DNA of 32,998 nt from Patescibacteria group bacterium (GCA_038065055.1 JBBTRT010000001.1:1-32998); one strand, 5' to 3'. Shown: positions 1 to 9,193, counted from the first letter of the stretch. Numbers and translations are program-made. Notes: generated by a model not told the origin, from the letters alone.

Positions 1-1689
1 GCCATGCAAAATTTGTACCCCAAGCTTAAAAAAGCCATGGGTCCGGCAACTAAAGACGGTTTTTACTTTGATTTTGACCTGGATCAAAAAATCAGCGAGG
101 CGGATTTTCCCAAAATCGAAGCGGAAATGCAACAGCTAATCGGCCAAAATTTGGCCATGAAACCGGAAATTATCACCGTCACCAAAGCTAATAAATTATT
201 TGATTCTAATCCTTACAAACTCGACTGGATCAAACAAATTGAGGCCAAAAAAGAACCCGTTTCAATCTACCGGATGGGTAATATTGATGTTGACCTCTGC
301 TCCGGCCCACACGCCCAAACCACCGGGAAAATTAAGGCTTTTAAGCTTTTGTCGGTTGCCGGCGCCTATTGGCACGGCGACGAAAAAAATAAAATGCTCA
401 CCCGCATCTACGGTACCGCATTTGAAACAACCAAAGAATTAACTGAATATTTAGCCAAGTTAGAACTGGCCAAGAAAAACGACCACCGGAAACTCGGCAA
501 AGAGCTGGAATTATTTACCATCAGCGACCAAGTTGGCCAAGGTTTGATTCTCTGGCTCCCCAAAGGCAACATTATCAAGGAAGAAATTGAAGCTTGGGCC
601 AAACAAACCGAAAGCCAGTGGGGCTACCAGCGCGTTACTACTCCCAACATCGCTAAAACCGAGCTTTACAAAACTTCCGGCCACTTGCCTTACTATAAAA
701 ATGACATGTATCCAATAATGAAAGGGGATAAGGGCGAAGAATATATCTTAAAACCCATGAACTGCCCCCATCATCACCAAATTTATGCTGCCAGTCCGAA
801 AAGTTATAAAGATCTGCCCCTCCGCCTGGCAGAATACGGCACTTGTTACCGCTATGAAGCCTCCGGTGAACTTTTTGGCATGATGCGGGTCCGCGGTTTT
901 TCCCAAAACGACTCCCATATTTATTGCACCGAAGACCAAGCCGTCAAAGAATTTGTCGATGTCATGAAACTACACCAGTATTACTATAAAACTTTAGGCA
1001 TTACCAAGTATCACTTAGAACTGGCCCTTCGCGACCCTAAAAATAAAGCCAAATACCACGGCAATGAAGCCATGTGGCAAAAAGCCGAAGCTTTAATGCG
1101 CGAGGCGGCCAAGCAAGTCGACATTCCTATGGTCACTGAAATTGGCTCAGCCGCTTTTTACGGCCCGAAAATCGATTTTATTATTGAAAGTTCCATTGGC
1201 CGGGAATTTGCCATTTCCACGAATCAAGTCGATCTTTTCATGGGGGAACGATTTAAACTCAAATATACCGATAAAGATGGATCTGACAAGACTCCTGTAA
1301 TCATTCATCGCGCTCCACTTGGTTCTCATGAACGCTTTATTGGTTTCTTAATCGAACACTTTGGCGCTAACTTTCCCACTTGGCTGACTCCGGTTCAGGT
1401 AAAAATCTTACCCATTACCGACAAACAAAATGATTATGCCGCTAAAATCCTCAAAGAACTCAGGGCCAATAAAGTCCGGGCTGAACTGGATGACCGCCCG
1501 GAATCTTTAGGCAATAAAATCCGCGAGGCGCAGAAAGCCAAAGTCAGCTATATGTTAATTATTGGCCAAAAAGAAGTTGATTCAACCACCGTTTCTATTC
1601 GAAATCGTAGTGGTAAAGATTTTGGCCAGATGACAATTAAGCAGTTTACTGATAAAATCACCCAAGAAATCTATGCAAAAGTTTTATAA
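1..1689 (+). CDS. thrS: Threonyl-tRNA synthetase (5' end probably upstream of the window)
   Basis: Editing-domain DLCSGPH, GAYWHGD, NDHRKLG, KPMNCP, YRYE, RVRGF.QND, AAFYGPKID, IHRAPLGSHERF and the C-terminal anticodon domain. The frame is open from base 1 and begins in mid N2 domain. Confidence 0.97.
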   Translation, partial: AMQNLYPKLKKAMGPATKDGFYFDFDLDQKISEADFPKIEAEMQQLIGQNLAMKPEIITVTKANKLFDSNPYKLDWIKQIEAKKEPVSIYRMGNIDVDLCSGPHAQTTGKIKAFKLLSVAGAYWHGDEKNKMLTRIYGTAFETTKELTEYLAKLELAKKNDHRKLGKELELFTISDQVGQGLILWLPKGNIIKEEIEAWAKQTESQWGYQRVTTPNIAKTELYKTSGHLPYYKNDMYPIMKGDKGEEYILKPMNCPHHHQIYAASPKSYKDLPLRLAEYGTCYRYEASGELFGMMRVRGFSQNDSHIYCTEDQAVKEFVDVMKLHQYYYKTLGITKYHLELALRDPKNKAKYHGNEAMWQKAEALMREAAKQVDIPMVTEIGSAAFYGPKIDFIIESSIGREFAISTNQVDLFMGERFKLKYTDKDGSDKTPVIIHRAPLGSHERFIGFLIEHFGANFPTWLTPVQVKILPITDKQNDYAAKILKELRANKVRAELDDRPESLGNKIREAQKAKVSYMLIIGQKEVDSTTVSIRNRSGKDFGQMTIKQFTDKITQEIYAKVL

Positions 1690-2209
1690 AATCAATCAAT
1701 ACATTACTGCTCCCGAGCTTCGGATCATCGGCCCGGATGAAAAGCAGATCGGCGTCATGACCCGGGACGAAGCGATCTTCAAAGCCCGCCAGATGGGCAT
1801 GGACGTCATTTTAGTCGCTGACCAGGCCAAACCCCCGGTCGCCAAAATTATTGATTTCAATAAATTTAAGTACCAGCAGGTCCAAAAAGAAAAAGAAGGC
1901 AAGAAAAAAACCAAGGTTACCGGCCAAAAAGAAGTCCGTTTTACTCCGTTTATCGCTCAAAATGACTTTAGTACCCGCATGGAAAAAATTAAGGCTTTTC
2001 TTCTGGAAGGACATAAGGTAAAATTAACCGTTAAGTTCACCGGCCGCCAAATCACTAAAAAAGATTTCGGCCAGGATATCTTGAAAAAAGCCGTCGATCA
2101 ATTAATTGAGTTTGGGACCCAATCCGTTGAACCCAAACTGCAAGGCAAGCTTTTGTGGACGATTATCGCCCCCAAAAAAATAGCTAAAAAACATGAAGAA
2201 ACAAAGTAA
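1673..2209 (+). CDS. infC: Translation initiation factor IF-3
   Basis: INQYI..PELRII, PPVAKIIDFNKFKY, KEVRF, VKFTGRQ; canonical thrS-infC-rpmI-rplT order. Confidence 0.96.
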   Translation: MQKFYKINQYITAPELRIIGPDEKQIGVMTRDEAIFKARQMGMDVILVADQAKPPVAKIIDFNKFKYQQVQKEKEGKKKTKVTGQKEVRFTPFIAQNDFSTRMEKIKAFLLEGHKVKLTVKFTGRQITKKDFGQDILKKAVDQLIEFGTQSVEPKLQGKLLWTIIAPKKIAKKHEETK

Positions 2210-2399
2210 AGCCCTTAAAGTCAGAAAATCGTTAGCCAAACGCTTCCGGGTCACCAAAACCGGCAAGGTTATGCGCCGCGGCGCCCAAAACCGCCACTTA
2301 AAATCCAATCGCAGTAACCGCAACCGCCGCCGCAGCAATGTCCCTCATACTATTAAAAATAAAATGGCCAAGAAAATTAAAGCCATGTTGGCAAAATAA
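2193..2399 (+). CDS. rpmI: 50S ribosomal protein L35
   Basis: K..KSLAKRFRVTKTGKV..R..QNRHL; basic 68 aa; synteny. Confidence 0.93.
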   Translation: MKKQSKALKVRKSLAKRFRVTKTGKVMRRGAQNRHLKSNRSNRNRRRSNVPHTIKNKMAKKIKAMLAK

Positions 2400-2402
2400 C
2401 TT

Positions 2403-2744
2403 ATGCGCGTTAAAACCGGTACAGTCCGTCACCAAAAACACCATCAGTTAATTAAATCTAACCGGGGTTACCGGATGACCAAAAACCGGCTTTACAAAGT
2501 CGCCAAAGAAGCCAGCTTGCATGCCGGCCAATACGCTTTTCACGGCCGCAAGTTAAGAAAGAGAAACTTCCGCACTTTATGGATTCAGCGCATCAAAGCC
2601 GCTTTATTTGCCACTGACTTAAAATACTCCCGTTTTATTGCCGCCTTAGGCTCCAAAAAAATTGTCCTTAACCGGAAAATCCTTGCTGAACTGGCCGTCC
2701 GCCATCAAGAAGTTTTTCTTCAGCTGGTCAACCGCGTTAAGTAA
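2403..2744 (+). CDS. rplT: 50S ribosomal protein L20
   Basis: MRVKTG, GQYAFHGRKLRKRNFRTLWIQRI, YSRFI, LNRKILAELA. Confidence 0.96.
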   Translation: MRVKTGTVRHQKHHQLIKSNRGYRMTKNRLYKVAKEASLHAGQYAFHGRKLRKRNFRTLWIQRIKAALFATDLKYSRFIAALGSKKIVLNRKILAELAVRHQEVFLQLVNRVK

Positions 2745-2746
2745 GC

Positions 2747-3772
2747 ATGCCTGCCAACCTCTTAAACTTAAAAAACCAAGCGCTTGCCTCGATTAATCAA
2801 ACCGAAACTCCTGCCGATTTGGAACATTTGCGCGTGGCTTACTTAGGCCGCAAAGGCGAAATTAATCAAATCCTAAAAACTCTAGCCTCTCTGGACCCAA
2901 CCGCCAAAGTCGCCATGGGCCGCTTAATTAACGACGTTAAATCCACTCTGGAAACCAGTCTTAATCAACGCCTAAAAGAATTAAATCAGCCAACTACGGC
3001 TTGGCTGGATACAACTGCTCCCGGCACGCCGGTTCCTCACGGCCACCTCCACCCAATCACCCAAGCCATCGAGGAAATCACCCGCATCTTTGAACACATT
3101 GGTTTTACCCGCGTCCGCTACCCGGAAGTCGACTGGGACCATTATGTTTTTGAGGCCTTAAATATGCCGGAAGACCATCCGGCCCGGGATGAATGGGAAA
3201 CAATTTTTATCGACACTCCCGCTCACCCGACCAAGGGCAAAATGGTCCTCACCACCCATACCAGTAATGGCCAAGTTCGGGAAATGGAACGGGTTAAAAA
3301 CCCGCCAATCAGAATGCTTAACCTGGGCAAATGCTACCGCCGCCAACAAGACGCCACCCACACGATTATGTTCCACCAATTCGAAGGCCTGGTCGTCGAT
3401 AAAGGCATCTCTATTCCTCATTTAAAAGGCACCCTCGACTATTTTGGCCAACAATTTTTTGGTCCGAAAATCAAATCCCGCATCCGGCCTTTCCACTTTC
3501 AATTTACCGAACCGTCGTTTGAAGTCGACTTTACTTGCACCAGCTGTCAGGGAAAAGGCTGCCGTTTTTGCAAATCCGGCTGGGTCGAAGTCGGCGGCGC
3601 CGGCATGGTCCACCCCAACGTCTTAACCGCCGGCGGCATCCATTCCAAAATTTATTCCGGCTTTGCTTTCGGTTGGGGAGTCGAACGGGTTTTAAGGCTA
3701 AAACCCGGCTTAAATATTGATGATATCCGCTTACTTTATTCCACTAATCAGGAATTTTTAAACCAATTCTAA
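2747..3772 (+). CDS. pheS: Phenylalanyl-tRNA synthetase alpha subunit
   Basis: GHLHPI, HPARD, THTS, GKCYRR..DATH..MFHQFEG, FQFTEPSFEVD, CxxC..CxxC insert, GFAFGWGVER. Confidence 0.97.
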   Translation: MPANLLNLKNQALASINQTETPADLEHLRVAYLGRKGEINQILKTLASLDPTAKVAMGRLINDVKSTLETSLNQRLKELNQPTTAWLDTTAPGTPVPHGHLHPITQAIEEITRIFEHIGFTRVRYPEVDWDHYVFEALNMPEDHPARDEWETIFIDTPAHPTKGKMVLTTHTSNGQVREMERVKNPPIRMLNLGKCYRRQQDATHTIMFHQFEGLVVDKGISIPHLKGTLDYFGQQFFGPKIKSRIRPFHFQFTEPSFEVDFTCTSCQGKGCRFCKSGWVEVGGAGMVHPNVLTAGGIHSKIYSGFAFGWGVERVLRLKPGLNIDDIRLLYSTNQEFLNQF

Positions 3773-3773
3773 T

Positions 3774-5579
3774 ATGAATATATCAATCCCATATTCCTGG
3801 CTCAAAGAATATTTAATCACCAGCGCCTCACCGGAAAAAATTGCCGAGTGTCTATCTCTTTGCGGCCCCTCTGTCGAAAAATTAACCAAAGTTAAAAATG
3901 ACTCTATTTACGAATTTGAAGTCACCACCAACCGCGTCGACATGATGAGCATTTTAGGTATTGCTCGCGAAGCCGCTGCCATCCTACCCCAATTCGGCTT
4001 CCAAGCAAAATTCCGCACTTCAGGTACTCTACCTGAAGTGCATCAAAATACATCATTTCCTCTGCAAATCACTGTTGACCCAAAACTATGTCCCAGATTT
4101 ACTGCCGTAGTGATTAAAAATGTAACTGTCAAATCATCACCCGTAAAAATAAAAAACCAACTTGAAAAATCCGGTATCCGGTCACTCAATAATATTATTG
4201 ATATTTCTAATTATTTAATGCGGCTTTATGGTCAACCGGTCCACACTTTTGACTTTGACAAAATTAAAGCCAAAATGATTCTCCGCCTATCACGTCCAAA
4301 GGAAACTATCACCACTCTGGACAACAAAACTTTTACCTTACCCGGCGGCGATATTGTTATCGAAGGTGGCAGTAAAAAACTTATCGACCTTTGCGGCATC
4401 ATGGGCGGCTTAAACTCGGCCATCGACGATCACACCAAAAACGTTTTACTCTTTGTTCAAACTTACGATCCGGTCCGGATCCGCCAAACATCCATGAAGC
4501 TTGCCCAACGGACCGAAGCGGCCGTTTTATTTGAAAAATCGCCTGATCCGGAACAAGTCATGCCGGTTTTACTCCAAGGAATTCAATTATTTAAACTATT
4601 AGCCAATGGCCAACAGGGGAGTAAAATTATTGATCTTTATCCTCAGCCTTACCAGCCAAAAACAGTTACTGCTCCGCTTCAATTAATTAAACAACAGCTT
4701 GGTGTCGAAATTACCCAGCCTGAAGTTGACAAAATTCTTAATTCTCTTGGTTTTACCAACGGCCGGGTACCATCATGGCGCGCCAAAGATATTAATATTC
4801 CTGAAGATATTGTCGAAGAAGTCGCCCGGATTTACGGCTACCATCGTTTGCCTAGTTGCCTTATGGCCACCTCAATTCCCACCAACTACCCTGACACCCA
4901 TTTTGATTTGGAATATATGATTAAAACCTGGCTCGCTGGCATGGGCTTAACTGAAATCTATACCAACTCGCTGATCAGTCAAAATTTTCCCAACCAGCTA
5001 AAAATCAAAAATGCTTTAAGTACTGATTGGCAATATTTAAGAAATTCACTCATTCCTTCCCATACCCAATCTTTCCCTGCTTTTGAAATTGCCAATGTTT
5101 ATTTACCCCGCCCGGGAAAATTACCTGAAGAACGTCTCCAGCTTATTATCAGTGGTGTTCCCGAATTCCCCAAACTCAAAGGCATTATCGACGCCCTGTC
5201 CCTGAAGCTCCACACCATTATTCCTGCCGATTATCAGGGTAGTGCCGCCGTCATCGATTTATTACCGGTGCTTCTTCGCACCCGTCGCTATCCCCGCTAT
5301 CAACCCATCTCGCTCTACCCGCCAATTATCGAAGAATTAACTTTTACCTTACCTAAACATACTTATCTTGGCCCAGTAATCCAAACAATTAAAACCATAG
5401 ATCATTTAATTACCTCTGTTCATCTTTACAGTATGTTTGAAAATAATTTTACGTTTAGGATTACCTACCAAAGCCACACTGAACAGCTGTCATCAACAAC
5501 AATTGCTCCTATCAGAAAGAAAATCGCCGCTAATCTTAAAACCAAGTTTAAGTCGGACTTGGTAGGGGACTTGCGCTAG
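3774..5579 (+). CDS. pheT: Phenylalanyl-tRNA synthetase beta subunit (short form, no B2 OB domain)
   Basis: SWLKEY, EVTTNRVDMMSILGIARE, B3/4 domain (NNIIDISNY..GQPVHTFD), VPSWR..DI...DIVEEVARIYGY; follows pheS. Confidence 0.94.
   Translation: MNISIPYSWLKEYLITSASPEKIAECLSLCGPSVEKLTKVKNDSIYEFEVTTNRVDMMSILGIAREAAAILPQFGFQAKFRTSGTLPEVHQNTSFPLQITVDPKLCPRFTAVVIKNVTVKSSPVKIKNQLEKSGIRSLNNIIDISNYLMRLYGQPVHTFDFDKIKAKMILRLSRPKETITTLDNKTFTLPGGDIVIEGGSKKLIDLCGIMGGLNSAIDDHTKNVLLFVQTYDPVRIRQTSMKLAQRTEAAVLFEKSPDPEQVMPVLLQGIQLFKLLANGQQGSKIIDLYPQPYQPKTVTAPLQLIKQQLGVEITQPEVDKILNSLGFTNGRVPSWRAKDINIPEDIVEEVARIYGYHRLPSCLMATSIPTNYPDTHFDLEYMIKTWLAGMGLTEIYTNSLISQNFPNQLKIKNALSTDWQYLRNSLIPSHTQSFPAFEIANVYLPRPGKLPEERLQLIISGVPEFPKLKGIIDALSLKLHTIIPADYQGSAAVIDLLPVLLRTRRYPRYQPISLYPPIIEELTFTLPKHTYLGPVIQTIKTIDHLITSVHLYSMFENNFTFRITYQSHTEQLSSTTIAPIRKKIAANLKTKFKSDLVGDLR
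4015..4041. repeat. Perfect 12-bp inverted repeat inside pheT (GCACTTCAGGTA-CTC-TACCTGAAGTGC)
   Basis: Read directly; 27 nt, within the stretch encoding RTSGTLPEVH in an inter-domain linker. Confidence 0.85.
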
Positions 5580-8157
5580 GGATTGGAGAAACTGCCGGGC
5601 TTGGGCTAGCCGACCAATCCCAAGCTTGATTGACTCCGATTTTAATCTCGCTTTCTCCAACATTGCCTTTTTCATCTTCAGCTTTCACTTTTAAAGTATA
5701 TGTTCCGTTATCCAAATGCTGGCTATATTCATACGGCCGACTGCTTAAACTTTTTTTCTCGGCTCCGTCAACATAAAATTTTACCCTGACTATCTCGTTA
5801 TTCCCGGTCGCTTTGGCACTGAAAGTAAAGTCATTACTTACTTGATCATGATTTTTCGGGCTGGTTATTTCTACCACCACTTCATTCGACTCGCCGCAAA
5901 ACTCTCTTGGAAATTTATACCTACCGTCTGCTTGGCCGTTAATCCAAGCGTCAATCCCTTCCTGCCAGCGATTCTTGCCACCGCCCGCCGGATCATTTTC
6001 CTTTAGCACAATATATTCTTTTTCTTCTGCTTGGCCCTTGGCAATCATTGTTTCCGTTGCTAACTTATCCTGCCCCTGACAAATTTTCAGTTTGGTATGA
6101 ATCGGGTCAGCCGTCACCGGCTCGGTTCCCTTGATAAAATATTCTTTTCTTGCTTGCCAACCATCATGGCTCGGATAACCGGAAATTGCATCCACCTCCA
6201 AACTTGTCACACCACTTGGCACGGCCCAATCCTGCTGCGGCTTGCCTGCCAAAGCCTCCATCATTATCCGGCGCCAAATTGGCGTTGCCCCGGAAACACC
6301 GGAAGCCACCGCCTTCATCTTGCTATTATCGTTGTTTCCCACCCACACCTCAACAATAATACTTGGCGTCCAACCTACTGCCCAATTATCTCTTTGGTCA
6401 TCGGTTGTTCCGGTTTTTACCGCCACCTGACGATTGGCAATTTTTAGCAAACTATTGGCCCCAAACGTAATTAACCGGGCATTATTATCCGCCAGAATAT
6501 CCGAAATAATAAACGCTTCTTCTTCGCTCATCACTCTTTTGCGCTCGTTATCTTTAAATTCTTCCAGCACCCGGCCGCTGTTATCTTCCACTTTTAAAAT
6601 ACTCACCGGCTCCACCCTAAATCCGCCGTTAGAAAAAGCGCTGTAGGCCGAAATCATGTCAATCAATCTGATTTCCCCTCCGCCTAAAGTCACTGACAAG
6701 CCAAACCGATTGACGTTCGCATTGGTCGGTTCCAAACTGGAAAAACCCATTTCGTACGCTGTTTCCAACATGCTTTTCACCCCCACTAACTGCAATAGTT
6801 TTACCGCCGGAATATTTAACGAACTCCCCAAAGCTGTCCGCAGCTGTACCGGTCCATGCGGCTTGCCGTCATAATTTTTTGGTTTATACACCGGTAAATC
6901 TGCTCCGCCGGGAAACTCGGTTTCCACATCCACCAGCATATAAGCCGGCGAGTAACCCTGCTTTAGGGCCGTTAGATAAGTCAACGGTTTAATCGCTGAT
7001 CCCGGCTGCCGCAAAGATAAATTTACGTTTACTTTGCCGTCATAATTTTCATCATTGTAATTTTTGGACCCCACCATCGCTAAAATTTCTCCGGTTTTTG
7101 TATCCATTACCATTCCCGCCCCATTGGTAATCTGCAAATTTTCCACCTTGGCAATTTCCTCGCTGACAATTTCCTGCGCCTTTTTCTGCAACTCCCAATC
7201 TAAAGTCGTGGTTACCTTTAACCCGCCTTGCTCCACCAATTTTTCCCCGTATCTTTCCACTAACTGCTGTTTCACATACATCACAAAATGCGGCGCTTTA
7301 AAACTCGCTCCCGGCAATAAAAACTCCATTTTATCCAAATCCGCCAATGACTGCTTTTCCTGATCTTTAGTAATATAACTATCCTCCCGCATCCGCCGTA
7401 AAACATCTTTAGTCCGGGTTTTATAAGCCCCGCCGCCGGTATAGGGCGAATAAGTACTCGGCGCCTGCGGCAAACCCGCCAAAAACGCCGACTCAATTAA
7501 ATTCAGGTCCTGAACATTCTTGCCAAAATAAGTTTCCGCGGCTGCCTGCACTCCCCAGGCTGTCCCACCGTAAGGCGACTCGTTTAAATACATCCGTAAA
7601 ATTTCATCCTTGGTATATTTCTTTTCAATCTGCACCGCCAACACAAACTCCTTAATTTTGCGGGACAAAGCTCTTTCTGAAGTCAACAATACATTCTTTA
7701 CCAATTGTTGTGTTAAAGTCGATCCGCCTGCCAGCCGCCTGAAGCGAAACATGGTGTTAAACATCGCCCTTAGCCAGCCCAAAGGATCAAAGCCCTGATG
7801 ATAATAAAAATTCTTGTCTTCAATCGCCACTGTGGCTTTTTTCAAATCTTCCGGCATCTGCTCAAACGCCACCGGCGTCCGGCGCTGATCCACAAACACG
7901 TCGTATAACAGCTCGCCGTTTCTATCCATAATTTTCGTGGAAAAACCGTCTCTTCTGGCCACCTTATCCGGTTGTGGTAAATCCCGCGAGTACCAGGCAA
8001 ATAAAACCGTTCCCATCAAAAACGCTCCGATAATGCCAAAAAATCCCAAGACTGCCAAAAACCGGATCAAATCCGCCTTAGTCTTTATCCGGTTCAACCG
8101 GGTAAACTCTCTGGCTTTATATAATCGGTGCCGCCAAACTCTTTGCCAATTTGCCAT
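5548..8157 (-). CDS. Class A penicillin-binding protein (transglycosylase + transpeptidase + C-terminal Ig-like domain, Pro/Ser tail)
   Basis: N-terminal TM helix; EDKNFY.H.G, GGSTLTQQLVKN, RKIKE, YLN; SxxK (GSAIK), SxN (SLN), KTGT; beta-rich C-terminal domain (VKFYVDG...Y.LKVKAED). Confidence 0.93.
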   Translation of the reverse strand: MANWQRVWRHRLYKAREFTRLNRIKTKADLIRFLAVLGFFGIIGAFLMGTVLFAWYSRDLPQPDKVARRDGFSTKIMDRNGELLYDVFVDQRRTPVAFEQMPEDLKKATVAIEDKNFYYHQGFDPLGWLRAMFNTMFRFRRLAGGSTLTQQLVKNVLLTSERALSRKIKEFVLAVQIEKKYTKDEILRMYLNESPYGGTAWGVQAAAETYFGKNVQDLNLIESAFLAGLPQAPSTYSPYTGGGAYKTRTKDVLRRMREDSYITKDQEKQSLADLDKMEFLLPGASFKAPHFVMYVKQQLVERYGEKLVEQGGLKVTTTLDWELQKKAQEIVSEEIAKVENLQITNGAGMVMDTKTGEILAMVGSKNYNDENYDGKVNVNLSLRQPGSAIKPLTYLTALKQGYSPAYMLVDVETEFPGGADLPVYKPKNYDGKPHGPVQLRTALGSSLNIPAVKLLQLVGVKSMLETAYEMGFSSLEPTNANVNRFGLSVTLGGGEIRLIDMISAYSAFSNGGFRVEPVSILKVEDNSGRVLEEFKDNERKRVMSEEEAFIISDILADNNARLITFGANSLLKIANRQVAVKTGTTDDQRDNWAVGWTPSIIVEVWVGNNDNSKMKAVASGVSGATPIWRRIMMEALAGKPQQDWAVPSGVTSLEVDAISGYPSHDGWQARKEYFIKGTEPVTADPIHTKLKICQGQDKLATETMIAKGQAEEKEYIVLKENDPAGGGKNRWQEGIDAWINGQADGRYKFPREFCGESNEVVVEITSPKNHDQVSNDFTFSAKATGNNEIVRVKFYVDGAEKKSLSSRPYEYSQHLDNGTYTLKVKAEDEKGNVGESEIKIGVNQAWDWSASPSPAVSPIPSASPLPSPT

Positions 8158-8163
8158 ATTTGT

Positions 8164-8178
8164 ATTTTATGCTATTTT
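8164..8178. promoter_or_regulatory. Adjacent divergent -10 boxes (TAAAAT on minus for the PBP; TG-c-TATTTT on plus for the NlpC/P60-like gene)
   Basis: Minus-strand TAAAAT (8164-8169) lies 6 nt before ATG 8157; plus-strand TATTTT (8173-8178) lies 8 nt before ATG 8187. Confidence 0.5.
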
Positions 8179-8186
8179 TAATTCCT

Positions 8187-8639
8187 ATGCATCATGATTT
8201 ACTTTCATTAGTCGGCCGACCCTATAGATATGAAAATTCTCCCGGTGTCGATCCTCATTCTGAGGCTAGCAACTGCCAACAATCAATCCATCTTGCTTAT
8301 CTGCATCGCCTGGGAATTACTATCCCCTCCGGAATGTGGTCAAAAGAAATTCATGATGACGAAACATTTATTTTCCAAACCGTCACCCAATTAAAATATG
8401 AAGGCGATATTGCCATTTTTGGCCCTACAAACCAATCCAATGCCCGTCTTTTTCATTTGACATATTATCTTGGTGAAGGAAATTTACTTCATGCTAATAT
8501 TGTCGATAAGCAAGTTTCCGTATGGCCTTTAGCTAAATTTCTCCAAACCCCCAGATATGCCGAATTAAAACGTGTTAAGCGGCTTCAACCTCACCTCTTT
8601 AACACTCAAGTCTTGCCAATTATATCTAAGTCGTGCTAA
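8187..8639 (+). CDS. NlpC/P60-like (C40) cysteine peptidase domain protein
   Basis: LVGRPYRY...NC...GITIP...GDIAIF...FHLTYYLGEGNLLHA matches the Cys-His-His layout. ATG 8187 preferred to the TTG 8151 start, which overlaps the PBP start. No signal peptide. Confidence 0.7.
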   Translation: MHHDLLSLVGRPYRYENSPGVDPHSEASNCQQSIHLAYLHRLGITIPSGMWSKEIHDDETFIFQTVTQLKYEGDIAIFGPTNQSNARLFHLTYYLGEGNLLHANIVDKQVSVWPLAKFLQTPRYAELKRVKRLQPHLFNTQVLPIISKSC

Positions 8640-8647
8640 TTTAAAGC

Positions 8648-8956
8648 ATGCTCACTAAACAGGATTTAACCCAAATCAAAAAAATTGTCCGGGACGAAGT
8701 TGTCTCCGAAGCTAAAAATACCGAAAGAAATTTGCGATCAGAGATAAAACTTAGCCGCATAGAAATTCAAAACGACTTAAGTGGTGTTACCGATAGATTG
8801 ATAAACTTAGAACAACAAACCAATAAAAATTTTAAAACCGTCAATAAAAAACTTGATCGTGCCATCGATTTCTTCGACCACGAACATCTCGACCTGCAAA
8901 AACGAGTCAAACGCATTGAAACCAATCTCCATCTTCCCATTCTTGCCGATTATTAA
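8648..8956 (+). CDS. Hypothetical coiled-coil protein (MLTKQDL... type)
   Basis: 102-aa ORF with heptad periodicity; preceded by TTGCCA-N18-TAATTT (with TG extension) 5 nt before the ATG. Confidence 0.75.
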   Translation: MLTKQDLTQIKKIVRDEVVSEAKNTERNLRSEIKLSRIEIQNDLSGVTDRLINLEQQTNKNFKTVNKKLDRAIDFFDHEHLDLQKRVKRIETNLHLPILADY

Positions 8957-8971
8957 AACCCGTGTTATAAT
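8943..8971 (+). promoter_or_regulatory. Sigma70-type promoter TTGCCG-N17-TATAAT with extended TG
   Basis: -35 at 8943-8948, TG at 8963-8964, TATAAT at 8966-8971; predicted start near 8978. Confidence 0.8.
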
Positions 8972-8977
8972 ACCTTT

Positions 8978-9179
8978 AGTTTTGACAATTTAATAAAGCG
9001 TTCACAGGAGAATTTTTACACTCCTTCAGCAGCCCTGACAAAATCAGGGACGGGAATTCCCGTTACAGAATTAGCGTGTGTCAGTCCGACGTTACGTCGG
9101 ACATACGGAGCACGTCACAAATAAAGATCCTTTTGGGATCTATTTTGACTTGACTCCCGCACTTGGCGGGATTTTTTTT
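8978..9179 (+). ncRNA. Candidate structured ncRNA or leader RNA (~200 nt, at least five hairpins), family not recognised
   Basis: No plus-strand ATG. Hairpins: AGGAG/CTCCT (9006-9025), CCCTGA/TCAGGG (9033-9049), ACGGG/CCCGT (9050-9063), GTCCGACG/CGTCGGAC (9084-9102), bulged stem 9114-9149. Bounded by a promoter and a terminator. Confidence 0.6.
9155..9179 (+). terminator. Intrinsic terminator TCCCGC-ACTTG-GCGGGA-T8
   Basis: 6-bp GC-rich stem followed by eight T, 14 nt upstream of the tRNA. Confidence 0.75.
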
Positions 9180-9193
9180 GCTCTGTTGTGCCT

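Noticed and set aside
1673-1675. Non-canonical AUU start for infC
   Set aside because: An in-frame ATG sits at the expected position just before the IN..I motif; nothing supports an AUU start.
5551-5610. Ser/Pro repeat at the PBP C-terminus as a DNA repeat element
   Set aside because: It is a low-complexity peptide tail without nucleotide-level periodicity.
8982-8987. TTGACA as a -35 box
   Set aside because: No -10-like hexamer lies 16-18 nt downstream (CAGGAG is there).
9060-9179. Canonical T-box riboswitch upstream of tyrS
   Set aside because: AATTAGCGTGTG only loosely resembles the T-box; there is no GGTGGNACC bulge and no recognisable stem I AG/GNUG motifs.
8978-9179. RNase P RNA, tmRNA, SRP or 6S RNA
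   Set aside because: No GAGGAAAGUCC, no tRNA-like GGGG...CCA ends, no SRP GGAA-loop helix, and the fold is many short hairpins rather than one long rod. A divergent member cannot be excluded without a covariance search.
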